Assembly (NCBI GenBank): GCA_024276825.1
Contig: JAJRWI010000069.1
Location: 1-64,000 of the forward strand
DNA: 64,000 nt
Source of the DNA: an archaeon
Lineage (GTDB): Archaea; Asgardarchaeota; Thorarchaeia; Thorarchaeales; Thorarchaeaceae
Reading direction: 5' to 3'
In this document: positions 19,419-30,016 of the stretch, piece after piece
Layout: each line of letters begins with the position of its first letter
Position numbering within the stretch: position 1 is the stretch's first letter
Notes under the pieces: model-generated
Told to the model about the DNA's origin: nothing
Database searches by the model: none
What the model saw: only the letters and a program-made list of their open reading frames with translations
Program-made: the position numbers and the translations under genes

Positions 19419-20678
19419 TCAAGCTCTGCGAATCTTCTTTTCGAGACCGCGTAATCTTCTCGGATCGCCGCTTTCCTTGTATTTCTCAGCAGCCTCCTGA
19501 TATTTCAGAAGTGCCTCTCTTGATTTTCCAGATTTGGCGAGCCGATCACCCTCTTCTTCTAGCGTCTTGCCCCAGACGAAGAAACATTCACGGACCTTAT
19601 CACTGCACTTGGCTCTCTTTTTTGATTGCGTTGTAAACATGTAGAGTTGTCTTGCTTTCTTGAACTGGACAATGGCCCATTCAAACTCATGAGCTTTCAG
19701 ATGCTTTTCACCCAATGCAAAGTGCGAAGATGCCATTCCCTCATATCCCTTGTCAATCATATTCACACACTGGTCAATCAGTTTCTTGTTCTTTGCACGC
19801 TCAGCCAAGAGCTTTGCTTTTTCAAAGCATTCTATCGCAGATTCGTACTCATTATCATTCATTTTTTCTTGGCCAGCCTCAAAACGAGCCCGTGCCATTG
19901 CTTCAAATACATAAGGAGGATATGTGAAACCATCACTTGTCAATTCAGCACCACAGCTTGGGCATGTTGGAGTTTCGAGCTCGGCAAGAGGTCCCTTAAT
20001 CCTGATACGTTCTTGAGTGCCAACCACTCTATCAATGAAATCAGTGGAGGTTTCTCCACGACCTTCGGGGAAAAGGTGTTTGAAGGCATCAATGGTCACA
20101 GTTTTATCGGAAGATGGAGCTTCAGGCTTAGCCACCTCAGTATCCTCAGGTGCTACCGCTGATGGTGGCTCATCCATTTTTAATGACATGTCTTCTATTG
20201 AAGTTGAGGGTTCATCCCATGAAATGACTGCATCTCGCATTTCAACTGATGTGGGGGCATCAACAACACGAACAGGAGTCTGGAACTCCTTATCAGTGAT
20301 CACTTGCGGAGGCTCTGTCCTTCTAAAGCCCGGAACAGAGCCATCCTCGGAGTCTTCTGCGACTTGAAAGGCGCTATGGGATTGCGGAGGTGCGCTCTCA
20401 AGTTCTTCCTTTTCAGAAGCTTCAGGTGTTGATTCTATGGAAGGCGCCTCATCCAAGCTGGTGGAGTCCGAGTCTACATTTTCTGGTGATTGCCGCGATG
20501 GTGTAGATGAGGAAGTGGAGGTCTGATCATCAGATAACTCGGGTTCTGTAGATGGGCCCTCTTTCAAAATGGGTTCCGCAGGACCAGCAGTTGGTGTCAG
20601 GCGTGTGCCGCATCTAATACAGAATGTTGACCCCTTTGCTAGTCGAGCACCACAATTGGGACATGATTGACCAGACAT
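19419..20678 (-). CDS. Zinc-ribbon + low-complexity linker + TPR-like helical repeat protein
   Basis: CPNCG..CIRCG, S/P/E-rich linker, CPSCG, repeats AIECFEKA / AIVQFKKA / ALLKYQEAA; AGGTGA SD. Confidence 0.7.
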   Translation of the reverse strand: MSGQSCPNCGARLAKGSTFCIRCGTRLTPTAGPAEPILKEGPSTEPELSDDQTSTSSSTPSRQSPENVDSDSTSLDEAPSIESTPEASEKEELESAPPQSHSAFQVAEDSEDGSVPGFRRTEPPQVITDKEFQTPVRVVDAPTSVEMRDAVISWDEPSTSIEDMSLKMDEPPSAVAPEDTEVAKPEAPSSDKTVTIDAFKHLFPEGRGETSTDFIDRVVGTQERIRIKGPLAELETPTCPSCGAELTSDGFTYPPYVFEAMARARFEAGQEKMNDNEYESAIECFEKAKLLAERAKNKKLIDQCVNMIDKGYEGMASSHFALGEKHLKAHEFEWAIVQFKKARQLYMFTTQSKKRAKCSDKVRECFFVWGKTLEEEGDRLAKSGKSREALLKYQEAAEKYKESGDPRRLRGLEKKIRRA

Positions 20679-20759
20679 TTTCATTATCACCTTTTTCCGA
20701 CTTCTAAACGGTTGAAATTCTTTCATAAGGATTGTTTGCATGAACTTGTAGTATGATAG

Positions 20760-21377
20760 TCACCATAACGCCGCGTAAGTGAGCATTGTTATTATGACTC
20801 CAATTAATATTCCAACAAATGACTGAATAAAGGTATGCTGTTTGAGCTTAACACGTGACCATGCAACAATTATCCAGAGGATTACGAAAATTAATGCGGG
20901 GGTACCATATATGATAATCAATGCAGTGCTAGGACCACTAACACCAGCAGCATGAACAGAGACCTTTGTGGCAAAATTTGCCACCATCACTCCAGTTGTC
21001 ACTGTGAAATACGCTGCGGCTAGCACACGCATTACATCACATTGCAGAAGCCAATAGATAGCATAGACAGCAGCATAGCAAAACAGGGCCCATATAAAGA
21101 ATGGAGTCCGAAGTTCCTGTTGAGATATGTCTAGATCCACTTTTCCCCGTTTGGCCTCCAGGACTATGGGGGCAACGGGAGCTATAACCATGAATACTAG
21201 GCAGATGATTATGTTTGCGAATGGAGTGAGAACTGGCCCAAGCGCTACAGGAAAAACAAATGTGATAATAATGCCAGCATAGAGATTAATTAGTGGTGCA
21301 GGTGTTAAACGCGAAATGAGCCTAGCTATCTTAATCTGGTCTCCTTCTAGGCTTATGATTTCATCGCCATATTTCAC
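20760..21377 (-). CDS. PAP2-like membrane phosphoesterase family protein
   Basis: KVSVHAAG, AWSRVKLKQHT..Q; multiple TM segments. Confidence 0.75.
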   Translation of the reverse strand: MKYGDEIISLEGDQIKIARLISRLTPAPLINLYAGIIITFVFPVALGPVLTPFANIIICLVFMVIAPVAPIVLEAKRGKVDLDISQQELRTPFFIWALFCYAAVYAIYWLLQCDVMRVLAAAYFTVTTGVMVANFATKVSVHAAGVSGPSTALIIIYGTPALIFVILWIIVAWSRVKLKQHTFIQSFVGILIGVIITMLTYAALW

Positions 21378-21502
21378 TCAAAGCACCCATTTTTGCAATT
21401 ATACTATTAGTTGATTTTATCATGACAAACCTTTTCTTAGGTATTATCCTCATAACAAAACATACAAATTGTGAATTGACACCCCAAGGAAGTGTGTTAA
21501 AA

Positions 21503-21811
21503 ATGGCGATGCCGAAGAGAGAAGTCTTTGAACAAATAATCCAGCGTATTACTTCGCAGTTTCCAGACGTCTATGCAGCATTGTTTATCAGTCCTGAGGG
21601 ATTTCCTATAAACTCTTGGGGCGTCACCATGGAACGTGCTGAGGAGATCTCAGCATTGTTGAGTTCACTCATTGGGAAGACAAAGGATGTTATCTCACAG
21701 GTAAAGGAAGGTGGCGATCTAAAATTCATTCAGATTCAGACAAACATGGGCGGAATAAAGATCGCACCTCAGGAAGAGTTCATTCTTGTCACTCTGACGC
21801 ATAATGAATGA
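21503..21811 (+). CDS. Roadblock/LC7 domain protein
   Basis: ALFISPEGFPINS...ISALLSSLIGK...LKFIQIQT..GGIKIAP..EFILVTL. Confidence 0.85.
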   Translation: MAMPKREVFEQIIQRITSQFPDVYAALFISPEGFPINSWGVTMERAEEISALLSSLIGKTKDVISQVKEGGDLKFIQIQTNMGGIKIAPQEEFILVTLTHNE

Positions 21812-21880
21812 AATCCTGCTGAATTCAAGCGCAATTCAGAAAATTAAATAGATTATAGAAAATACAATTACAAGATTAAT

Positions 21881-22810
21881 TTGACAGAGATAGTGGTGAC
21901 GAAGGGGTTTTCAGTTCATTATGGAAAGATTCGTGCTGTTGACAACATAGACATAAGGGCGCCAAGAAGATCAATTGGCCTATTGGGCCCAAATGGAGCT
22001 GGTAAGACCACACTTCTTAGAGCATTGCTGGGATTTTTGAAACCAAAGAGTGGAACTGCAACAGTTCTTGGTTATGACATCTACAAGGAACTAAATGAGA
22101 TATGGGACCATGTGGGATATTCGCCCGAGTTTGCACCAAAAATACCTGACATCAGTGCGCAGAAATATGTGTCATACATTGGACAACTTGCAGGACTGAG
22201 CTCTATTGATGCCTCACAAAGAGCTTATGATTCGTTGTACTATGTAGGTCTTGGTGAAGAGAGATATCGGATGCTTGGAGAGTTCAGTCAAGGAATGATG
22301 CAAAAGGCCAAGCTTGCGGCTGCATTAGTTCATGATCCAGATCTTATTATTCTTGACGAACCAACAGATGGTCTTGACCCTGAGGGCAGAGCACAGATGC
22401 TCGAGCTGATTGAGAATCTATACAAGGATGAGGGCAAAAGCATAATCGTTTCAACACACTTGCTCTTTGATGTTCAGCGCGTGTGCGATTGGGCTTTGAT
22501 TATAGGTAATGGCAGGCTTATAGCCTCGGGAAACCTCAATCAACTGCTGAGTGACACATCAGATGTGATTAGGATTAGAGTTGCTGGCAATCTAGACACA
22601 TTACTTAATAGATTGAGAGCAAGAGGACTTGATTTCCAAGTGGACGATGAAAACAATGTTGACATCTCAAGAGTTGATAATATTGAGATGATGATACTTG
22701 ATATAATCAATTCAGAGCCATCACTGAGCATAAGGTATCTTGGGAAAAGGGAGAGAACGCTTCAGGATGTCTTTATCTCACTTGTTGAGGGAGAGAGTGA
22801 TTTAGAATGA
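21881..22810 (+). CDS. ABC transporter ATP-binding protein
   Basis: GPNGAGKTT, FSQGMMQK, IILDEPT, VSTH. Confidence 0.92.
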   Translation: MTEIVVTKGFSVHYGKIRAVDNIDIRAPRRSIGLLGPNGAGKTTLLRALLGFLKPKSGTATVLGYDIYKELNEIWDHVGYSPEFAPKIPDISAQKYVSYIGQLAGLSSIDASQRAYDSLYYVGLGEERYRMLGEFSQGMMQKAKLAAALVHDPDLIILDEPTDGLDPEGRAQMLELIENLYKDEGKSIIVSTHLLFDVQRVCDWALIIGNGRLIASGNLNQLLSDTSDVIRIRVAGNLDTLLNRLRARGLDFQVDDENNVDISRVDNIEMMILDIINSEPSLSIRYLGKRERTLQDVFISLVEGESDLE

Positions 22811-23781
22811 GCGAAGATGACGATGCATATGTAAGAGCGTTCAGGTTTCGCAGATTTGAAGGAAAGAGAAATGGCAGGCTCTATCGGGTGATGTCAATAG
22901 CGTGGTTCAATTTTAGGCATGCCATAGCCAAATCATGGTTCACTAAACTGATACTGATATTAATTGTCATGGGGCTGCTGATGCAAGCACTAATCATGTT
23001 CATCTCAGCACAGTTTTACACGATTTATTATCCTGAAAGTGACATTAATGTCCTATTTAGAAAATACTACGCCGAATCAATTCTCAATATGTTTTCGTTG
23101 ATAAACTTCATCTTAATAGAACCCAGTTTTTATTTCTTCGGATTGGCTACGATGATTACGGGAGGAGGTTTTTCTTACATTCTATTGATTTCACTTGTGA
23201 GTGGTGGATTGATAGCAGATGACAAGCTTCATCATTTTGATGAGGCGTACTTCTCACATGTGACCCGGTGGGAATATCTGTTTGGTAAGTTGTTATCGCT
23301 CATGCTATTCTCGTTCTTGTTGGTGATGGGCCCAGCATTGATGCAATTCTTCATTCTATCATCAAGCCTAAAGATCGATTTCGTTCAGCATCTTGGGCTT
23401 TTGGCATGGGCTTTAGGGTTCACTTTCATAGCCACATTGATCTTGAGTCTGTTGGCTTTGACAATTTCCAGTCTAACAACACGAAGAACAATTGCAACAT
23501 TGATTTTCTTCATGATGTTGATCATGTTGTCATTATTTCCAGCAATATTTAGCTCCTCATTATTCCAAGAAACACCAATCTTCTTGATTGATTTGATGCT
23601 TGTAATTGATATGTTTGGACTCATATTGCTTGGAGAAAGTCAGTTCAAGGTGAGTTTCAGGGACTTCAATCTGATCGATGGCGTTGGGATCGAATATATT
23701 GATGTCATGCTAGTAATTTACATTGTAATTTTGTTTACAATAATAGTCCTCTATCTTCAAGTAATAAGGAGGCGACAATGA
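22807..23781 (+). CDS. ABC transporter permease
   Basis: GLIADD...YFSHVTRWEYLFGK; multi-TM; ATGA overlap with upstream ATPase. Confidence 0.8.
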   Translation: MSEDDDAYVRAFRFRRFEGKRNGRLYRVMSIAWFNFRHAIAKSWFTKLILILIVMGLLMQALIMFISAQFYTIYYPESDINVLFRKYYAESILNMFSLINFILIEPSFYFFGLATMITGGGFSYILLISLVSGGLIADDKLHHFDEAYFSHVTRWEYLFGKLLSLMLFSFLLVMGPALMQFFILSSSLKIDFVQHLGLLAWALGFTFIATLILSLLALTISSLTTRRTIATLIFFMMLIMLSLFPAIFSSSLFQETPIFLIDLMLVIDMFGLILLGESQFKVSFRDFNLIDGVGIEYIDVMLVIYIVILFTIIVLYLQVIRRRQ

Positions 23782-24738
23782 TTGGATATTGCAGTCCTAA
23801 ATGGTGTTTCCAAGAGATATGGAGAAGTTATTGCGCTGAGCAAATTCGATATGCGAGTAAAGCAAGGGATGATCAATGGCTTTGTTGGACCAAATGGCGC
23901 GGGAAAATCAACAACATTGCGCCTGATTACAGGACTAACACTTCCAGACAATGGTATAGTGGAATTATTCGGAGCCAGTCCTATTACAGATATTCGAAAC
24001 AGAGAGAGAGTTGGCTTTGTTTCAGAATATGATGACTTGTATTCGTGGGCCAGAGTTAGAGAATTAATGCAGTATATGTGCAGGTTGACCAGACCTCTTA
24101 GCGGGAATATCAATGATAGAATTAACAACACATTGATACGCGTTGGAATGGCAAAGTTTGCGAATCGAAAAATCTCATCATTGTCAAAAGGAATGAAGCA
24201 GAGAGTAAAGATAGGACTTGCAATTCTCCATGATCCAGAGTTTCTCATTCTCGATGAACCACTATCGGGCCTAGACCCGTTAGGACGCAGAGCCATGATG
24301 GATCTGTTTAGGGAGTTGAATAGAGAGCGAGGAGTGTCTATTCTGATATCCAGCCACATACTTGAAGAGCTTGAAGATATTGTTCAACGTATAGTACTAA
24401 TTCATCGAGGACAGACCATTGCAGAAGGGAAACCTGAGAGAATCAGAGAACTCATCTATAGCTATCCTCATGAAATAGTGTTCAAGACAATACCAGAATG
24501 TGTCAAGTCAATTCTCAGTGAGATTGTACAGATAGACGGTCTAGTGCAGAGCATCAAGATTTCATCAGAAGATTCTTTTCAAAAGGTGAGTGTGATCACA
24601 GCTAATCCCATGACATTCTATGATGAGCTTGTTAGGATTGCTGTAGAGAAAAGCTCACCCATTTATCATCTTGAAGCAATATCAGAAAGTGTGGAGAAAC
24701 TGTTTGAGTACCTGATTAAGGGAGGGCATGTCACATGA
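23782..24738 (+). CDS. ABC transporter ATP-binding protein
   Basis: GPNGAGKST, LSKGMKQR, LILDEP, ISSH. Confidence 0.92.
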   Translation: MDIAVLNGVSKRYGEVIALSKFDMRVKQGMINGFVGPNGAGKSTTLRLITGLTLPDNGIVELFGASPITDIRNRERVGFVSEYDDLYSWARVRELMQYMCRLTRPLSGNINDRINNTLIRVGMAKFANRKISSLSKGMKQRVKIGLAILHDPEFLILDEPLSGLDPLGRRAMMDLFRELNRERGVSILISSHILEELEDIVQRIVLIHRGQTIAEGKPERIRELIYSYPHEIVFKTIPECVKSILSEIVQIDGLVQSIKISSEDSFQKVSVITANPMTFYDELVRIAVEKSSPIYHLEAISESVEKLFEYLIKGGHVT

Positions 24739-25493
24739 GTATAGGTGTTAATCTAAGAGATGACATTCTTCGGGGCATAATCCTAGTTCAGATCTCTTTG
24801 GTTCAGTTGATTAAGAGCAAGAGGGGACTTGCGATAATAGTGCTTAGCCTAGTGCCATCAATTCTCGCCCCACTTGCAATTCGACCAAGTAGCACTCTTC
24901 AAGCAGAGAGACTGTTTGTAACTGCTAGTAGTGTGCTGTACATTGGTGTTATTATCCCACTCATTTGTCTCATGTTGGGAGCAACCACCGTCAATGCAGA
25001 GATCGAATCGAAGAAGATCGTGCAAGTAATGGTTCGTCCAATTCGTAGAGCTGATATTGTGTTTTGGAAATACATTGGTGTCATAATTGCCGCATTCATG
25101 ATAGCAGTCATTGATTCTGCAGTACTATATAATGCATACACTGGAAATGGCACAATTTCAATAGAATTACTTTATGATGTATGGTACTTGAGCGGAATCT
25201 GCGTTGTTGTATATAGTTCAATATTCATCTTTATTAGTTTTGCAATAAAGAAGCCTCTACTATGGGGAGTGTTCATTATACTCTTTGACCGAATTGCAGG
25301 ATTTCTCTTCTTCATGTTTTCAGGGGCCATGTCAATATACAATCACATAATAAACATCGGTTCGAATCTTGATTCATTGTTTCCAAAACTGGCGGACATC
25401 TCAACACTTGACTCAAGCATATTACTCGCAATCATTACATTATCCACATTAATTTTCTCAATCATAATGTTTCAATTTAGAGATGTATTGTGA
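24735..25493 (+). CDS. ABC transporter permease
   Basis: EIESK....MVRPIRRADIVFWK; about 6 TM segments. Confidence 0.8.
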   Translation: MSIGVNLRDDILRGIILVQISLVQLIKSKRGLAIIVLSLVPSILAPLAIRPSSTLQAERLFVTASSVLYIGVIIPLICLMLGATTVNAEIESKKIVQVMVRPIRRADIVFWKYIGVIIAAFMIAVIDSAVLYNAYTGNGTISIELLYDVWYLSGICVVVYSSIFIFISFAIKKPLLWGVFIILFDRIAGFLFFMFSGAMSIYNHIINIGSNLDSLFPKLADISTLDSSILLAIITLSTLIFSIIMFQFRDVL

Positions 25494-25520
25494 AAATCAC
25501 TCGGCGAACAACTAGTGTCA

Positions 25521-25530
25521 TTTTTATATA
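25521..25530 (+). promoter_or_regulatory. Archaeal TATA box upstream of radA
   Basis: TTTTTATATA in the intergenic region. Confidence 0.55.
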
Positions 25531-25610
25531 ATCTAGCACGATTACTTCATGACCACAATATGACTGTCTTAGTGGATGATGAATAGACAGTTGATGAGGA
25601 GGTCATAGCA

Positions 25611-26642
25611 ATTCCAGCAAAGAAAGAGGAAGTCGATGATATAGATTATGAGGACTTCGAGGAAGAAGAACCTCCTATAGAAACCGCAGACGATGTTGCG
25701 CTTGAGGGATTCGAAGTCACAGATTTACCTGGCGTTGGCCCAGCAATCGGCAAACGGCTTGCTGAAGCAGGATACAAGTCCGTAGAAGCAATCGCTGTAG
25801 CATCACCAACTGAACTTGCAGCAGCGGGATCAATTGGTGAGAGCACAGCCACAAAAATAATCAAAGCAGCCAGGGAGATGCTAGATATAGGATTTGAAAC
25901 CGCAGACCTTCTACTTGAACGCAGAAAGAATGCGGGAAGAATAACAACAGGATCTAAAGCTCTGGATGACTTGTTTGGAGGGGGCATTGAAACACAGAGC
26001 ATCACAGAGATGTATGGTTCATTCCGTTCAGGTAAAACACAAATGGCCCATCAATTAGCAGTGAATGTTCAATTGCCATCCGATCAGGGAGGTCTTGAAG
26101 CCACTGCAATATACATTGATACTGAGGGCACCTTTAGACCAGAACGACTTGTGGATATGGCAGAAGCTCTCGGTCTTGACCCAGCCAAGGTGCTAAAGAA
26201 TGTGATTTGGGCCAGAGCCTATAACTCAGACCATCAGATTCTATTGTGCGATCAAGCAATGGAGATGGCATCTGAGAAGAATGCAAAACTCTTAGTAGTC
26301 GATTCGGTCACTAGCCATTTTCGTGCTGAGTATACAGGAAGAGGCACACTTGCTGCCAGACAGCAGAAATTGAACAAACACCTCCATCATCTTCAAAGAG
26401 GAGCTGAAATTAACAACATGGCAGTCTATATCACCAATCAAGTGATGGCAAGACCTGATGCCTTCTTTGGAGATCCAACAGCACCAGTAGGAGGACATGT
26501 TCTCGCGCATGTGCCGCAGACACGATGCTATTTGAGAAAGTCGAAGGGTGAAAGAAGAATCTGTAGACTTGTGGATTCCCCGAACCTTCCTGAAGGTGAG
26601 GCAGTTTTCACAGTGACTAAAGCAGGAATTAGAGACCCATAG
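25611..26642 (+). CDS. radA: DNA repair and recombination protein RadA (canonical copy); start non-canonical, probably ATT at 25611
   Basis: Frame is open upstream of the tracked ATG 25878 and encodes the HhH domain ([18 protein letters not shown]); FETA motif, [32 protein letters not shown]. Confidence 0.93.
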   Translation: MPAKKEEVDDIDYEDFEEEEPPIETADDVALEGFEVTDLPGVGPAIGKRLAEAGYKSVEAIAVASPTELAAAGSIGESTATKIIKAAREMLDIGFETADLLLERRKNAGRITTGSKALDDLFGGGIETQSITEMYGSFRSGKTQMAHQLAVNVQLPSDQGGLEATAIYIDTEGTFRPERLVDMAEALGLDPAKVLKNVIWARAYNSDHQILLCDQAMEMASEKNAKLLVVDSVTSHFRAEYTGRGTLAARQQKLNKHLHHLQRGAEINNMAVYITNQVMARPDAFFGDPTAPVGGHVLAHVPQTRCYLRKSKGERRICRLVDSPNLPEGEAVFTVTKAGIRDP

Positions 26643-26658
26643 TTATAGAAACTAGAGA

Positions 26659-26693
26659 GCAGGGATTAATTCCCTGCCGCTTCAATCCTTTTT
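26659..26693 (+). terminator. Putative radA terminator
   Basis: GCAGGGA-TTAAT-TCCCTGC hairpin followed by CCTTTTT. Confidence 0.55.
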
Positions 26694-26697
26694 GTGC

Positions 26698-28056
26698 CTA
26701 TTTGAAATGAGCTTCTTGAATTACTTCATCAACTGATTTTCGCCACTGCTCAAATCTGTGGGGCGACAGCGGATATGACTGATATAACTTGTCAATCTTC
26801 TTCATCAGCCGTGCTGCTCTCTGGATGCGCCGCAACAGACTCATATTTCCAAGACCTCTCTTCAAACGTTTCATTTTTTCTAGAAATCCCATTGAGAACC
26901 CTTCGCCCCTATTTGCGGCCATTAAGTCGCCCGCCTCAAGAATTCTGTGTTCAAAGCCGAAGTTCATGTCCTCGTCATTCACATCCACAAGCAACCTCTT
27001 GAATATCTCAAGTGAAGCTAAACGTCTTCCAAATCCCGAGAGATAGCGAACATTATACCCCCACAAACCGCTAGTGCTTGTGTCCCTCTTTGCAATTGCT
27101 TCTTTGGCAATCTCTCCGAGGATTATACCCGCACGCATTCCCGCCCCCAGACCGCCACCATGAATGGGATTGACCATCCAAGCTGCATCACCAATGAAGG
27201 CAACTCCGTTAGCTACTAGACTCGGCAATGGCCTACGTACGGGTACAGCACCACCCCCACCCTCAATCAACTTGCTGCCATACAATAGTGCATACTCACT
27301 CTTAAACTTCTCATACAACGGTTTCGGGGAGCCCCGTCCCGAACCACCAGTTATTCCAATTCCGACATTAACACTCTGGGAGCCTTTCGGAAAGACCCAT
27401 GCATATCCTTGAGGCGCATATTCACCACCAAGGATAACACGAGCAACTTCAGGTTCAGCCAGTGGAATCCTTAGCTCAAGGATCTCTCGATAGCATAATG
27501 CAATATCACTCTTGTTAATTCTTTTCTCAACAAACGGATTATCAATCTTATGCCGAATAACTGATGCAAAGCCACTAGCGTCTATCACTAGCTTTGACCT
27601 GATGGTATCCGTGATGTCATTTTTCAAGTCTTTATATGAAACTCCAGATACGCAGTCATTTTTCGACAGGGGACCACTTACATGGATCTGATCCTTGAAG
27701 ATCACGCCGGAGTTTATGGCTTCAGCAAGTAGACGCTGACCAAATGCGAGTCGGTCCACAGTCCAGCCATCAAATTCATTCCAGCCTCGCACACGCAACT
27801 CATTGGTAAGGTTGGGAGGATAGACATCTGCACCCGAAATGACCGAGGATATTTCGGGGCCTTTTGGGTACTCGATTCCAGTGGCATCAAAGTGAGATTT
27901 GCTAATCTCATCGCCACATACTTTTTTCCCTACCAACTCCCTTGGCTTCTTTTCAAGGAGTAGCGTCTTTAGACCCAATTCAGCACATCGGCGAGCCGCA
28001 ACGCATCCTGCTGAACCTGCTCCAACTATAATAACATCTACTTGCTTCAATATCAA
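26698..28056 (-). CDS. Digeranylgeranylglycerophospholipid reductase (GGR family)
   Basis: GAGSAG FAD motif, KVCGD, IDASG, PQGYAWVFP, GDAA..VNPIHGGG. Confidence 0.88.
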   Translation of the reverse strand: MILKQVDVIIVGAGSAGCVAARRCAELGLKTLLLEKKPRELVGKKVCGDEISKSHFDATGIEYPKGPEISSVISGADVYPPNLTNELRVRGWNEFDGWTVDRLAFGQRLLAEAINSGVIFKDQIHVSGPLSKNDCVSGVSYKDLKNDITDTIRSKLVIDASGFASVIRHKIDNPFVEKRINKSDIALCYREILELRIPLAEPEVARVILGGEYAPQGYAWVFPKGSQSVNVGIGITGGSGRGSPKPLYEKFKSEYALLYGSKLIEGGGGAVPVRRPLPSLVANGVAFIGDAAWMVNPIHGGGLGAGMRAGIILGEIAKEAIAKRDTSTSGLWGYNVRYLSGFGRRLASLEIFKRLLVDVNDEDMNFGFEHRILEAGDLMAANRGEGFSMGFLEKMKRLKRGLGNMSLLRRIQRAARLMKKIDKLYQSYPLSPHRFEQWRKSVDEVIQEAHFK

Positions 28057-28161
28057 TCAACTGCCGTGATGATATAAATTCGATATAAATGCCTCTAAAC
28101 GTATTCTTCCTATTAGTAGACTTAGACAATGCTTAAAGCCTAATTCCCTTCAATTTGGAAT

Positions 28162-29472
28162 GTGAAGAAGATGGACTCTCTTGTTGTTATTGGCCTGCAA
28201 TGGGGAGATGAGGGAAAAGGGAAGATAATCGATGTATTGTCTGAGAAGTTTGATATTGTTGCCAGATTTCAAGGTGGTAGCAATGCAGGGCATACTATCA
28301 AGATAGGTGAAGTCACACATAAGTTTAGACTACTTCCATCAGGTGCTGTTCGCGGGAGGAAAGTAGTCATTGGCAATGGGGTTGTTGTGGATCCAATAGT
28401 GCTTAATAATGAGATTGAAGAGTTGAAAAAGCAAGGAATTGATGTGAATATTCTGATTAGCGAGAGGGCTCAAGTAATAACCCCATTTCATGTTATGCTG
28501 GATGGTCTTCAAGAGAAGTTCAAAGGCAGGTCAAAAGTAGGCACAACAAGAAGAGGAATTGGGCCCGCATATTCTGACAAAATAACAAGGGTAGGACTTA
28601 GAATATGTGATCTACTGGATAGAGATGAGAATCTAATCGAATTCTTTGAGAGATTTCAAACGGCGAGAATTGAGAAGTTGTATCAATCCCATGTTAGTAA
28701 TGCAGATCTGGAAAATATCATACGAATTCTGAATGATCTCAGACCAAATATTGGGGATTGTGGGAGGTATTTATATGATGCACTTAAAAAAGGTAAACGC
28801 ATCCTGTTCGAAGGGGCTCAAGGGACACTTCTGGACATTGATCATGGGACGTATCCATATGTGACCAGTTCAAATTGTATTTCTGCTGCAGCATCCACTG
28901 GAACAGGAATTCCACCATTTGCTATTAGGGATGTAATTGGAGTATTCAAGGCATATCTCACAAGGGTTGGAGAAGGGCCATTTCCCACCGAGATCTCTGG
29001 CCCAGTTGGAGAGAGAATTCAAACACATGGTAGAGAGTTTGGAACAGTGACCGGTCGTTCAAGAAGATGTGGTTGGCTGGACCTTGTGGCATTGAAATAT
29101 GCTATCAGACTAAATGGAGCTAAGTATCTGGCATTAACAAAACTGGACGTTCTTACAGGGATAAATCCATTGAGAGTTTGTGTTAAATACAGGCTTGATG
29201 GAACTAACACAGATAACATTCCTGCCTTTGCGCAGGACATGAGTAGGGTGAAACCAGTATACAAGGAACTCCCTGGTTGGGAGAAACCTGCCAAATCATG
29301 GGAAATTCTTGCAAGCGAAGGCATCCAATCTCTGCCAGAAGAAATGCGCAGATATATTGAATTCATAGAGAAAGAAACAGACTGCATGATATCTATAATC
29401 TCACTTGGTCCTGACAGAGATGAGACCATGATTATCAGAAACAAGATGCCTTCTTGGATCAACGATGTTTGA
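28162..29472 (+). CDS. purA: Adenylosuccinate synthetase (long form)
   Basis: GLQWGDEGKGK, RFQGGSNAGHT, EGAQG, HGTYPYVTSS, GTVTGRSRRCGWLD, TKLDVL. Confidence 0.97.
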   Translation: MKKMDSLVVIGLQWGDEGKGKIIDVLSEKFDIVARFQGGSNAGHTIKIGEVTHKFRLLPSGAVRGRKVVIGNGVVVDPIVLNNEIEELKKQGIDVNILISERAQVITPFHVMLDGLQEKFKGRSKVGTTRRGIGPAYSDKITRVGLRICDLLDRDENLIEFFERFQTARIEKLYQSHVSNADLENIIRILNDLRPNIGDCGRYLYDALKKGKRILFEGAQGTLLDIDHGTYPYVTSSNCISAAASTGTGIPPFAIRDVIGVFKAYLTRVGEGPFPTEISGPVGERIQTHGREFGTVTGRSRRCGWLDLVALKYAIRLNGAKYLALTKLDVLTGINPLRVCVKYRLDGTNTDNIPAFAQDMSRVKPVYKELPGWEKPAKSWEILASEGIQSLPEEMRRYIEFIEKETDCMISIISLGPDRDETMIIRNKMPSWINDV

Positions 29473-30007
29473 ACTCAATAGCTACAATTGACATTATTAT
29501 CAGCAGGAAGATGACACCTATGACAGGGGGCATCCAGTTTAGGAATAATTCGAAGTAGGTCAGAATGACTGATGGGTCAAGTGCAATGGACACGAGATAT
29601 GCAAAGGTTAACATGAACCCATAGATTGCAAATATTGGATAGAAGATTGGGCCTCCTGAAATAACTAAAAGAATTATAATTACTGCCAACTTGCTTCTGG
29701 TGGGATCGAGTAGGGGGATGGGAATTAGTTCTTCATCTGACAGAGTGAAATAATAGCCTATTAGAAGTGTGGGCATTCTTACTTTGATGAGTTCTAAGAT
29801 CTGAAGACCCATTTGAATTGAAAGAAGGATGAATGTGTGGATCCAGATGTAAGCCAGAAATATAAAGTTCAAAATTGGTAAATCAATTGAGAATAACTGA
29901 GTGCTTTCTACGATTCCAATGAAAACTAGAAAATTCAGAAAGAACAATGAAAAATGACCAACGATACCACGAATCAGCTTTTTCCTGTCTGCCATCGTTT
30001 CTCGCAC
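29459..30007 (-). CDS. Hypothetical membrane protein
   Basis: Four or five hydrophobic segments; directly downstream of a GTPase gene. Confidence 0.65.
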   Translation of the reverse strand: MRETMADRKKLIRGIVGHFSLFFLNFLVFIGIVESTQLFSIDLPILNFIFLAYIWIHTFILLSIQMGLQILELIKVRMPTLLIGYYFTLSDEELIPIPLLDPTRSKLAVIIILLVISGGPIFYPIFAIYGFMLTFAYLVSIALDPSVILTYFELFLNWMPPVIGVIFLLIIMSIVAIEFKHR

Positions 30008-30016
30008 TCGCTTACT

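Noticed and set aside
25646-26005. Antisense and alternate-frame ORFs in the track (e.g. 25646..26005, 13950..14534, 19626..20162, 23757..24359, 59987..60436)
   Set aside because: They shadow well-supported genes and have no recognisable motifs
28162-29472. Long-form PurA as a sign of horizontal transfer
   Set aside because: Long forms occur in several archaeal lineages; not assessable without a phylogeny
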